Shown here piece after piece: positions 20,085 to 29,789 of a DNA stretch of 64,000 bases; the stretch's first letter is position 1; each line of letters opens with the position of its first letter. Position numbers and translations under genes: made by a program. The stretch is taken from IMG/VR virus record IMGVR_UViG_3300031555_001469; one strand, written 5' to 3'. The notes beneath the pieces are model-generated. The model was not told where the DNA came from and ran no database searches. It saw only the letters and a list, made by a program, of their open reading frames with translations. Source of the stretch: a virus (lineage: Duplodnaviria > Caudoviricetes).

Positions 20085-21854
20085 ATGGAAAATGATATCC
20101 TTTTTCCAGATGCTAGGTCTTCTTATGATAGATTTGAAGACACTGAAGAAAACATGATGTTTGTAAGAGGTCTTAATCCTACTCAAAGAATAGTACAGGA
20201 AGCTGGTTCGAGAAGATTCCATATTGAACCATTAGATCCAGATAAACTTATTAAAATTAATGATTTAAAAGAAATAACTAACCCTACATTCTTTAGTGGT
20301 AATAATGTACCTACTCCAGATGGATTATTATCTAATGAAATATTTGGTTATTCTAAAGAAGATAGAGGTAATACTTTTGCATACATATCTTTATCAGAAT
20401 GGTTTATGCATCCATTGCATTATAAGATATGGTGTAAGATTGACTCAAAGATTAAATCTGTTATCCATGAAGTGGATACCTTCTCCATAGTTGGAGGAAA
20501 GATTACTCAAGATCCAAATGGTAAATCGGGTTTAAAATGGTTAAGAGAAAATATAGATCAGATTAAGTTTGATTTATATGAATCTAAGCAGCGTGATAAT
20601 GTAGAGTTCTTAAAGAAGTTTAAGGATACTATGTTTATCAGAAACTTTATAGTTATACCAGCATATTACAGAGACGTCAATAGTACAGGGGGATATGTTG
20701 GTGTAGGTGAAATAAATCAGATGTATGCTTCTCTATTAATCGCAGTACGTGGTCTGAGAGAATCGAAAGATTACGGATTGAGTTTATCTGGAGCAACCAG
20801 GGGAAGAGTACAGGAGACATTGGTAAATATATATAAATGGTTTGCTGATGGCTCTACATCAACTGGTTCTAAAGATGGTGTAGGTATGGCAGGTAAGTAT
20901 GGTATTTTAAGAAGAGCTAATCTTAATAAAACTACAGACTACTCTTCTAGATTAGTATTATCTGCTCCGATGTTAAGATGTGAAAACTTAGAAGATATGA
21001 TGGTAGATACAGATTATTCTGCTTTACCATTAGCTTCAGCGTGTGTAAACTTCTACCCTTATATGCTTTATTATATAAGATCTTTCTTTGAAAAAGAATT
21101 AGGTGGAAACCCTCGCTATGATTATATTGATAAGAATGGCAAACTGCAGTCAATTAAATTAAAAGACTACAGAATAGAATATTCTGATGAAAGAATCAAA
21201 AAAGAAATCGACAGATTTGTTCATGGTTATGCGAATCGTTTCATTCCTATTGAGGTTCCAAATGAAGAAGGCAAAAAGATCTACATGCAGTTTAAAGGTC
21301 ATTTGACCACTTCAGAAGAATTTTTAAAAGGCGAAATAGATCCTGCTTCACATACTATGGTCGAAAGAGACTTAACGTGGTGTGATCTTTTATATATTGC
21401 AGCATGTGAAGTATCTAAAGATAAAATGGTTCTTATAACAAGATACCCTATGGACTCATATTATAACCAGTTCCCATCTAAAGTAAGAATATCTTCTACT
21501 AAAGAAACAGAACCAATGGTTATAGATGGCGTATTCTATAAATGGTATCCAAAGATCAGGCAGGAAGATATGGGAACCCAAACATCTAATAAATTTATTG
21601 ATACTTTAAATATAAGTAACGTATTGCTTAAAGCTATTGTCGGAGATTATGATGGTGACCAAGTTTCAGTTAAACCATTATATTCTATAGAAGCTAATGC
21701 TGAATTAGAAAAGCATTTAGATTCTAAGTCACGCTTTATTTCGCTCGGTGGTGAAAACGTTCGTGTTACTACTAATGAAGGAATTCAAACATTGTATAAC
21801 CTTACGATTCATATGCCTAATAGTAATCTCGGTGGCCCTAAGTTCAAAAAGTAA
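20085..21854 (+). CDS. Phage multisubunit RNA polymerase beta'-like subunit (N-terminal part with catalytic motif), probably the virion RNAP
   Basis: DGLLSNEIFG, GKYGILRRANLNKTTDYSSRLV, TRYP and catalytic GDYDGD; ends shortly after the catalytic loop (split beta'); late motif at 20047-20059. Confidence 0.85.
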   Translation: MENDILFPDARSSYDRFEDTEENMMFVRGLNPTQRIVQEAGSRRFHIEPLDPDKLIKINDLKEITNPTFFSGNNVPTPDGLLSNEIFGYSKEDRGNTFAYISLSEWFMHPLHYKIWCKIDSKIKSVIHEVDTFSIVGGKITQDPNGKSGLKWLRENIDQIKFDLYESKQRDNVEFLKKFKDTMFIRNFIVIPAYYRDVNSTGGYVGVGEINQMYASLLIAVRGLRESKDYGLSLSGATRGRVQETLVNIYKWFADGSTSTGSKDGVGMAGKYGILRRANLNKTTDYSSRLVLSAPMLRCENLEDMMVDTDYSALPLASACVNFYPYMLYYIRSFFEKELGGNPRYDYIDKNGKLQSIKLKDYRIEYSDERIKKEIDRFVHGYANRFIPIEVPNEEGKKIYMQFKGHLTTSEEFLKGEIDPASHTMVERDLTWCDLLYIAACEVSKDKMVLITRYPMDSYYNQFPSKVRISSTKETEPMVIDGVFYKWYPKIRQEDMGTQTSNKFIDTLNISNVLLKAIVGDYDGDQVSVKPLYSIEANAELEKHLDSKSRFISLGGENVRVTTNEGIQTLYNLTIHMPNSNLGGPKFKK

Positions 21855-21873
21855 ATCTTTGTATTTTTAAGTA

Positions 21874-21888
21874 TATATTATATCTGTG
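21874..21888 (+). promoter_or_regulatory. Early-type promoter
   Basis: TATATTATATCTGTG. Confidence 0.6.
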
Positions 21889-21943
21889 ACATCATAGAAT
21901 AAAATAAAATTTATTCTTGTAGACAAGAAAGGAGACAGATAAT

Positions 21944-22036
21944 ATGAGCATTAAAACATCGTTGATTTATTTGAAAGATGAGGACAACGCGGGAGGAAAC
22001 AATACCGATAGGTCCACAGTAGGCAGAGAAAGATGA
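21944..22036 (+). CDS. 30-aa small early peptide (absent from the ORF track)
   Basis: AAGGAG RBS; MSIKTSLIYLKDEDNAGGNNTDRSTVGRER; terminator at about 22051-22081. Confidence 0.5.
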   Translation: MSIKTSLIYLKDEDNAGGNNTDRSTVGRER

Positions 22037-22120
22037 TGAAGGACAAAATAAAAGGAAGTACACTTAAGAGTGTACTTCCTTCTTTCTCTGCCGATAACTT
22101 TTATTTTTTTGCAAATGAAA

Positions 22121-22144
22121 CCCGTATAGATTTCTCTATACGGG
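22121..22144 (-). terminator. Intrinsic terminator
   Basis: CCCGTATAGA-loop-TCTATACGGG, followed on the minus strand by TTTCATTT. Confidence 0.6.
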
Positions 22145-22281
22145 TAATCATCTTCTCTTCCATTAACTTAGTATCCTCCCCGACATAAATAAATATGCCG
22201 GATTCCTTTAATAAAACCCTCCAAATAATATTAAAGGCTTCTAGACTAATTTAGTCTATTATATTAAAGTTAATACTATAA

Positions 22282-22671
22282 TTATTTATTTTTCTTTTTT
22301 CCAGAGTTCTTAGACTGGTTAACCTTTTCCACTTCCTCAACCGGAGCTTCGTCTTCAGCTGGAGCAGTTTCTTCAGGTGTTTCGTCTACTACTTCTTCTG
22401 GAACTTCAGGTTCCTGAACTTCTTCAACTACTTCTTCTACAGGAGTTGGTTCTGGTTCCTGAGGAGCTACTGGTTCTACTACCTTAGTAGGTTCTACTAC
22501 TGGAGCAACTTCGACCTTAGCAGGCTGAGCTCCAACGTATTCTACGGTAGCACCATATAATTTACAGATTCTAATTTCATCTTCTGTAAGATTAATGTTT
22601 TTCTTATTTCCGACAAAAGGTCTTCTTAAACCTCTAATTGTCTTCTTTGCATATACGTTAACAATAGGCAT
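22282..22671 (-). CDS. Hypothetical protein with a Pro/Glu/Val-rich tail
   Basis: GGAGG RBS; low-complexity PEV C-terminus. Confidence 0.6.
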   Translation of the reverse strand: MPIVNVYAKKTIRGLRRPFVGNKKNINLTEDEIRICKLYGATVEYVGAQPAKVEVAPVVEPTKVVEPVAPQEPEPTPVEEVVEEVQEPEVPEEVVDETPEETAPAEDEAPVEEVEKVNQSKNSGKKKNK

Positions 22672-22690
22672 TATTTTATCCTCCTTTACC

Positions 22691-22927
22691 TTACATTAAC
22701 TCTATACCTTCATATGGATCATAGTCATCTTCATCTGGTTCGATTTGGGCTAAGAATCCAGGTATATCTTCGAATTTGTCTGCTTCTGCCTCAAGTAATG
22801 CCATGTCTGCTTCTTCAAGACCAGCTTCAAGTTCAAACTCAGCATCTTCGAGTTCATCTACAGCAGCGTCGATCATGTCATATACAGGATCATTTAAATC
22901 GAGCATATCTTCGATAAAATCATTCAT
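22691..22927 (-). CDS. Small acidic protein (78 aa)
   Basis: GGAGG RBS supports the MNDFIE start; very D/E-rich. Confidence 0.55.
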   Translation of the reverse strand: MNDFIEDMLDLNDPVYDMIDAAVDELEDAEFELEAGLEEADMALLEAEADKFEDIPGFLAQIEPDEDDYDPYEGIELM

Positions 22928-23093
22928 CGTCTTCATCCTCCATTTCTTCTTCGTATGGATCGGAGAAAATAGAAACAGTTTGTCCATCCATGACAGCATC
23001 TATCATTTCTCCATCGATATCATCATAAGTCAAGTTATCAATGTGATCTTCAGACTTCATTTCATTCAATAACATCTGCTCTATTTCAGTCAT
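22920..23093 (-). CDS. Small acidic protein (57 aa; absent from the ORF track)
   Basis: AGGAGG RBS; MTEIEQMLLNEMKSEDHIDNLTYDDIDGEMIDAVMDGQTVSIFSDPYEEEMEDEDDE; stop overlaps the next start. Confidence 0.65.
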   Translation of the reverse strand: MTEIEQMLLNEMKSEDHIDNLTYDDIDGEMIDAVMDGQTVSIFSDPYEEEMEDEDDE

Positions 23094-23115
23094 ATAACTA
23101 CCTCCTTTTTAATAT

Positions 23116-24315
23116 TTACTTTGATGTTGCTCCCATTATATCCCTAACATGGTTATCTAAGATATAGATAACGGCTGGTATATGGTAAAATGAGATACTA
23201 TTGGGTAATAAGTCCATATTATCAATAAGCTCTTCAATATCGTTAAACATAGGCTCATTATTATAGTACCGCACAATAATATTGAGAAATTTCATGTTAG
23301 GTTCTGTGAATTCAACGTTATTTGTTATATTAGAAACTAATTGAGGAAGTAAAGTTTCTACTGGGTATTTGAATGGAGAACCCTTAGCATAATCTACACA
23401 ATAATAGTCTTCATATCTAGAGGTGAATAATGAAGCATAGTCGTCAATTAATACAGCACCACTAGCTCCTACCCCTAACTTATTCTTGTCTTTCTTTTCC
23501 AACGAACGCATAAACGTTCTATTATAATCAATAGGAAATGTCTTTTCCAAAGGAATCTGATGTCCTATGTAGATATAGTCAGTTCCAGATAAGATATTAT
23601 TGCGTCTTAAGAACTCAATCATATAAGGATCATAGATAAGGAACCCATTATATTCATATATAAAGGTCTGTACCCCATGATCATAAAATAAGCTTTTAAA
23701 GTAATTCTTTAAAGCTATGGAATAATCATCCAACTTCTTAGCCAAGTCAAAGGTTTCTTCTCTTACAACTAAGCTTAAGTTAGTACCCTGATTACCCATA
23801 ATAAACTTCCAGGTTTCTTGTACCTGGCCTTGTAAATCCTCATCAGTAATTCTGTCATACTTCCAATTGATCTTGTAGAAGTTAGCTCCATTATCGAAAG
23901 TATCAATATTTACATCGTTTACTTTAAATAAATAACGCCCTTTAGCATGATCAATTACAAAGAAGTCTCCAGGATATGGGATCCATGAATTAGGAAGAAC
24001 AAAAGATTCAGATTCTAATCCTTCAGATTCTAAACCAAAATCTCCCTGATTTAAATCTACTTCTAATCTAGAAGTACCGTATAAGACAGCATCCTTAATC
24101 AAATTATACTTAATAGGAGAATCGTCTCCAATATCCGTATAAGGTGTTCTAGTTGCTTCGTCTAATGTAGTGTGACCTTTGTTGATATTATAATATTGGA
24201 CAACGAAAGGTTTCTTATCAATAAAATTATAGTACGGATTATCTAATCTATTTTCATAGCCTGTAGTTAAGGCGTTAATAGTATCCGTATACTTCGTGTT
24301 TTGGAAAGAAGCCAT
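23116..24315 (-). CDS. Putative virion structural protein
   Basis: Late motif at 24339-24351; PYPGDFF beta motif as in head-tail connector-like proteins. Confidence 0.4.
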   Translation of the reverse strand: MASFQNTKYTDTINALTTGYENRLDNPYYNFIDKKPFVVQYYNINKGHTTLDEATRTPYTDIGDDSPIKYNLIKDAVLYGTSRLEVDLNQGDFGLESEGLESESFVLPNSWIPYPGDFFVIDHAKGRYLFKVNDVNIDTFDNGANFYKINWKYDRITDEDLQGQVQETWKFIMGNQGTNLSLVVREETFDLAKKLDDYSIALKNYFKSLFYDHGVQTFIYEYNGFLIYDPYMIEFLRRNNILSGTDYIYIGHQIPLEKTFPIDYNRTFMRSLEKKDKNKLGVGASGAVLIDDYASLFTSRYEDYYCVDYAKGSPFKYPVETLLPQLVSNITNNVEFTEPNMKFLNIIVRYYNNEPMFNDIEELIDNMDLLPNSISFYHIPAVIYILDNHVRDIMGATSK

Positions 24316-24393
24316 ATCAGCACCTCCTTTTTATTTAATTACTTGAATGTTTTCCGTTTAACCTCTTAAGGGGAGATTATCGAGAAGAATGGT

Positions 24394-25452
24394 TTACATT
24401 CTTCTCGACACTGGATAACAGTTATCTATAATTTTAGTCTTCGGTACACCAAAATCCTTTTCTCCTTCATATCCATTTCTATGGATAAATATATCCACAT
24501 TTAATCCTTTTAAATAGTTTACTATCTTTTGTACTTCATATTCATCAACATCACCATCTACGTAGATATGCAATATAATATTGATTAATCCTAATTCTTG
24601 TACAAAAAATTTAACCAGATTAATATATGAACGACCTCCAATAGATGCTATGATTCTATTAGTCTTATCGCCATCTAATACATTATATAAAATACTTAAT
24701 GCATCAAATGGACCTTCTGCTAAATGAATCTCTATTGGATTAGGATTTAATAAATCAACTTGAGTTGGAATTACATAATGTCTCTTAGAATTATCTGTAT
24801 TATTAAAGATATTATAATTGACATATCTCTTATCCAACGCTTCATATTTAATTTCTCCAGGTTTTCTTATATTTCTCATATTAATAAATCCATTATCATA
24901 TGATAAGAATCCTAAGAAATTATTCTGTAGAATATCTCCTACATATGGTTGCCTAGTAAGGTTATGAATTCCATTTCCTCCTAGCAACTCATATAGATTA
25001 AATACTATCTTATTATCTAATGCTTGTCTGTAAGTCATAGTAGTACCTAATCTATCATTAATATATTTTAACTTCTGTTCCGCTAACCGCATATCAGAAA
25101 TATATAAATTATTAATCTTATGAATAGTATTAGTTCTATAGATTCTGTTACCAGGTCTAGATAAGATACTCTTATTATGAGCAGTCAATTCTATTGTCAT
25201 ATCAGAATCATATATATCAAACATTCTCAATGTTTTTGCATCAAATATACCAGCCTCTTGACACTTCTGACAGAAGTACATTGGCGGTTTGTCAGTTGTA
25301 TTTACCGAAATATAAAAATGAGCAGATCTTGGGTCTCTGGAGTCTAAACAAAATGGGCATCTACATAATACCTCTTTTCCTCCAGCTACAGCTTTTGCTC
25401 TAGGTATTCTTGCTACTAAGAATTCTTTAAAATTCTCAAGAAAGTTATCCAC
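24394..25452 (-). CDS. DNA primase
   Basis: Zn finger CPFC...H...CQKC; TOPRIM EGPFD and DGD; C-terminal KDFG. Confidence 0.8.
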   Translation of the reverse strand: MDNFLENFKEFLVARIPRAKAVAGGKEVLCRCPFCLDSRDPRSAHFYISVNTTDKPPMYFCQKCQEAGIFDAKTLRMFDIYDSDMTIELTAHNKSILSRPGNRIYRTNTIHKINNLYISDMRLAEQKLKYINDRLGTTMTYRQALDNKIVFNLYELLGGNGIHNLTRQPYVGDILQNNFLGFLSYDNGFINMRNIRKPGEIKYEALDKRYVNYNIFNNTDNSKRHYVIPTQVDLLNPNPIEIHLAEGPFDALSILYNVLDGDKTNRIIASIGGRSYINLVKFFVQELGLINIILHIYVDGDVDEYEVQKIVNYLKGLNVDIFIHRNGYEGEKDFGVPKTKIIDNCYPVSRRM

Positions 25453-25569
25453 TTATATAACCCCCTTTCTTTATTAATATAATGTCTAAACGTACGTAAA
25501 ACCGAATAATTAGAAAAAATAAAGGGAAGAGATTTTACTCTCTTCCCTTTTAATTATCTACTTTTGTAA

Positions 25570-26475
25570 TTAATTTTTCTTAGTAGCAATCTCTCTGTCA
25601 ATCTTATCCTTGTATAACTTAGCCGCAGATTCATATATTTTTTCAAGTTCCCAGCTATCAGGAATGAAGAAATGAGTAGGCTTTTTAATTACACCCATGT
25701 TATGATCGTCTGTAAGCCAGCCAAATAACTTGTGCCAATCTTCAGGAGCAACGCTAACAGTAAAGATAGGATAGCCATTGCCACCTCTTACTATTAAATC
25801 ATAGTAATCTTCGCAACCCTGTACATGAACTGCGTAAGCAATATCCTCTTCAACAATAATTTCTTCAAGAGAGAATAAGTGCTTAATTCTGTTTAAAGAA
25901 TACTTAATTGAATCATACTTATTGGATATTTCTTCGAAAGTATTCTTCATAATCTCGATAGCTTCATCAATCAGCTCTCCATCAGTTGCGTCGATAAAAG
26001 TAACAGATTCAGTCGGAGTATCAACTTCGTCTTCCGTAATAAAATTCATGAAAGGCGCAGTAATCTCTGTTTCATAGATGAATGCTTCGCTACACTCATA
26101 GCCGACGAATTCGTTAATATTAGTGAATCCGAGCTTCTCTACATATTTAGCCTGCCATTCCAAAGTGCCAGCATACTGTTCTGCTGTAGGCTCTATTGGG
26201 AAATAATCTCTACTTAAGCAAGAGTTTAATGCAATAGGCATCTTGTCTTCGAAGTAGCTAATAAACTTATCAACCGCTTCCTTAGAAACTAACTTACCTC
26301 TACAGCTAAACTCAGTAAAGATATCATGAATTACTACAACATTCTTACAATCTGGTAAGATAGCAAAAATGTCATCTACCAAGAAACTGTTTCTGCAAGG
26401 TGAATCTGCACCCTGTCTTTCATAAATAATGTAACTGATTGTTGTTGGTCCGTAGACAAACTTTCTTTTTTCCAT
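25570..26475 (-). CDS. Early protein with GNAT-like N-terminal domain
   Basis: YVEKLGFTNI resembles the GNAT motif; paralogous to 30616 and 31208; early motif at 26526-26540. Confidence 0.4.
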   Translation of the reverse strand: MEKRKFVYGPTTISYIIYERQGADSPCRNSFLVDDIFAILPDCKNVVVIHDIFTEFSCRGKLVSKEAVDKFISYFEDKMPIALNSCLSRDYFPIEPTAEQYAGTLEWQAKYVEKLGFTNINEFVGYECSEAFIYETEITAPFMNFITEDEVDTPTESVTFIDATDGELIDEAIEIMKNTFEEISNKYDSIKYSLNRIKHLFSLEEIIVEEDIAYAVHVQGCEDYYDLIVRGGNGYPIFTVSVAPEDWHKLFGWLTDDHNMGVIKKPTHFFIPDSWELEKIYESAAKLYKDKIDREIATKKN

Positions 26476-26546
26476 AATGGAATCCTCCTTTAAAAATATT
26501 AGTAGTGTAAACCGTCATTGGTTTACACTACTATAATATACAATTG

Positions 26547-27077
26547 TTATTGATTTTCTAAATCGTATAAAACGATTTCACCTTTCTCTAAAGATTCCTG
26601 AACACAAATAGTTCTCTGGTTACTAGAACCTTTGAATCTGAGAGATAAGTCTTTTAATTCTTCTACAAATTCCCCATCAACTAAAACGTCTATGTAAGAT
26701 AAGATTTCTTTAGTTTCTGGAATTTCATCTACCATTCTGCCAAGAATATCTTTTTCAAAGTCATATCCAGAGAAGAGCCAAATGCTCTTCTCAGGATATT
26801 TCTTTCTTACTTTTCGTAATAATTTTAATACTCCAGGCTGATTATTTGGATCAATTGGTTCACCACCGAGTATTGTAAGACCAGTAATATATGAAGGTTC
26901 CATATATGAAATAATCTTACCAATAGTAAATTCGGTAAATGGCTCACCATAATTAAAATCCCATGCTACTTTATTAAAGCATCCTTTACAATAATGAGTG
27001 CATCCACTAACGAATAATGATACTCTAATACCAGGTCCATTAGCTACATCATATTGTTTAATATCAGCATAGTTCAT
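26547..27077 (-). CDS. nrdG: Anaerobic ribonucleotide reductase activating enzyme
   Basis: NGPGIRVSLFVSGCTHYCKGCFN, GGEP, GSSNQR. Confidence 0.95.
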   Translation of the reverse strand: MNYADIKQYDVANGPGIRVSLFVSGCTHYCKGCFNKVAWDFNYGEPFTEFTIGKIISYMEPSYITGLTILGGEPIDPNNQPGVLKLLRKVRKKYPEKSIWLFSGYDFEKDILGRMVDEIPETKEILSYIDVLVDGEFVEELKDLSLRFKGSSNQRTICVQESLEKGEIVLYDLENQ

Positions 27078-27091
27078 AATAATTACTCCTT

Positions 27092-27159
27092 TTAGATATG
27101 AAGTACTCTTGAATTAATTTCTTTTGTCTTACCGACATTCCAGAAATTCTCTCCTAAAT
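27092..27159 (-). CDS. nrdD: nrdD exon 2
   Basis: Splicing restores TCG-YLGENFWNVGKTKEINSRVLHI*, a typical NrdD C-terminus. Confidence 0.9.
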
Positions 27160-27456
27160 CCTTTCTACCCTCGGTTTCCCGATACTTTAATACGGGAGTA
27201 GACTATCCCATCTAATTATCTATTACTCTACTAACAAATCTGCCAGTGATATAGATAATTAGTCGATATTATAGTCGTTGAACGTCCTTCTGTTCTAGAA
27301 GTTTCGCTGCTTTTGATTGTCCAATCCTTAACGATGTCACCATACCGAGTCCGTTACTACTCGCCGCAATTGTATCCCTACAATTGTTTGGTTGTTAAGG
27401 CTCTAAGGAGTTCCCAGCAATTTAATCGATTTAACGTGGACTAGTTAGTTTAGTCA
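27160..27456 (-). ncRNA. Group I intron (297 nt, no ORF) in nrdD
   Basis: 5' exon ends in U; P1 pairing GUGGAU/GUCCAC with a U-G wobble; P AAUUGCUGGGAA; R GUUCAACGACUA; S GAUGGGAUAGUC (P7 GACUA/UAGUC); terminal omega-G at 27160. Confidence 0.92.
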
Positions 27457-29515
27457 ATCCACAAGTACGTCTTGATACGTTCATCTTATTATGGTTTTTA
27501 TTACCACACTGTGGGCATTCCCATTCAAGATTATCATTTATAATAATTTCTCCGTCAAACCCACACTCATGACAGTAATCAGATTTGGTGTTGAATTCAG
27601 CATACTGAATATTATCATAAATAAACTTAACAAGTTCTTCTAATGCTTCGAGGTTATGACGCATATTAGGAATCTCTACATAAGAAATTGCACCACCAGA
27701 AGAAATAACCTGGAAGTCAGATTCAAACTTGAGCTTACTGAATGCATCAATCTTTTCTCTTACATCTACATGGTAAGAATTAGTATAATAACCCTTATCA
27801 GTTACATCTCTAATCTCACCAAACTTAGCTTTATCAATACGAGCAAAACGATAGCAAAGAGATTCTGCAGGGGTGCCATATAATCCAAAATGAATTCCTG
27901 TTTCTGCTTTCCAACCATCAGTTGCTCTACGAAGGCGATTCATAATCTTCAAAGCAAATTCTTTACCACCTTCTTCTGTATGACTTACACCAGTCATTAA
28001 CTTAGTAACTTCATATAATCCAATATAACCAAGGGAAATAGTGGAATAACCATTATGAAGTAACTTATCAATCTTTTCACCTGGCTTTAATCTTGCAATT
28101 GCACCGTGCTGCCAATGAATAGGGCTTACATCAGATAATGTACCCTCTAATGCTTTATGACGACACATTAATGCTTCAAAACAGAGACCAAGTCTTTCTT
28201 CTAATAACTGCCAGAAGTATTCTTCATCTCCATCTGCAATAATACCAATCTGAGGAAGATTAAGAGATACAACACCCTGATTAAATCTTCCTTCGAATTT
28301 ATATACACCATGTTCATCCTGCCATGTTGTCAAGAAACTACGGCAACCCATACAGCTGAATACGTTACCTTCATAGTGTTCTCTCATCTTCTTAGCAGAA
28401 ATATAGTCTGGATACATTCTCTTAGCAGAACAACGTACTGCTAACTTAGTGATATAATCATACTTACCACCCTGTAAACAGTTGTGTTCATCTAATACAT
28501 AAATAAGTTTTGGGAATGCAGGGGTCACATAAACACCCTTCTCATTCTTAATACCTTCTAAACGCTGACGAAGAATCTCTTCGATAATCATAGCGTTCTC
28601 TTCGATGTACTCATCATCTTTATCTAAATTTAAAAATAAAGTGACGAATGGAGATTGACCATTTGTAGTCATCAGAGTGTTAATCTGATACTGAATAGTC
28701 TGAACTCCAGATCTTAATTCATCTTTTAAGCGATCATCTACCAATTCACGTAATGTGTTTTCTGTAATCTGATCACCAAACTGAGTTCTATATTTAGCCT
28801 CATACTTTTCTCTACTCTTGCGTAAGTACTTACCTAAATGATGTGTATCTACAGACTGCCCACCATACTGACTACAAGCAACAGCAGCAATAATCTGAGT
28901 TACAATAGTACAAGCAACCTGAAAACTCTTAGGGCTTTCAATAAGTTTACCATTCATTACCGTACCATTATCAAGCATATCTCCAATATTAATTAAGCAA
29001 CAATTGAAAATAGGCTGGATAAAATAATCTGAGTCATGAAAATGAAGGATTCCATCTTCATGTGCTTTTGAAATCTTCTCAGGAAGGAGAAGACGTTTTG
29101 TAATATCTTTAGATACTTCACCTGCAATCAGATCTCTCTGAGTGGATGCAGCTGTAGCATTTTTATTTGAATTCTCTTCCATAACATCTTTGTTCTTGTT
29201 ACGAATAAGACTTAAAATAGATTCATCTGTTGTGTTAGATTTTCTAACTAATTCACGATTATATCTGTACTTGATATAATGCTTAGCCAAAGCAATCTTA
29301 CCAAATTCCATTAATTTTGTTTCGATTAAGTCCTGAATTTCTTCCACCTGAATCGTATCACAACCAAGTGCTTCGATATCAAGAATAATCTTGTTGATTC
29401 CCGATTCTTCAATACGTTCATTCTCGCCAAAATGTACATTAGCCTTGCTAATTGCAGAAAAAATTTTAGTTCTGTCGTAAGGAACTACCCTACCATCTCT
29501 TTTAATTACATTCAT
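27457..29515 (-). CDS. nrdD: Anaerobic (class III) ribonucleotide reductase, exon 1
   Basis: ATP cone VIKRDG; NCCL; MGCRS; YYTNS; CHECG and CPQCG; ends RRTCG at the glycyl-radical motif. Confidence 0.95.
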
Positions 29516-29786
29516 AATTTTTAACCTCCTGTATTTTTATCGGTTTAATAATATGTCCGATAGGTGATTTAATTGTAGTAAAACTGTATCCTACCGCATT
29601 AGCGTATCTTATGATAGACTCTAATGTAGGGCTTCGATCAAAGTTAGATTCAATAGCTGAAATAGTACTAAGGGCTAGCCCCGATCTCTCAGCAAGTTCC
29701 TGCTGAGAGATGTGGGAGCTCTTTCTAGCACTTAATAAATTCATTCGAATCATACGATCTTCGATTTCATAATCAAGCGCTTCCAT
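29502..29786 (-). CDS. XRE-family HTH regulator
   Basis: SQQELAERSGLALSTISAIE...PTLESI. Confidence 0.85.
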   Translation of the reverse strand: MEALDYEIEDRMIRMNLLSARKSSHISQQELAERSGLALSTISAIESNFDRSPTLESIIRYANAVGYSFTTIKSPIGHIIKPIKIQEVKNYECN

Positions 29787-29789
29787 AAT

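Noticed and set aside
27431-27456. nrdD as a truncated pseudogene
   Set aside because: Explained by the group I intron; exon 2 is intact.
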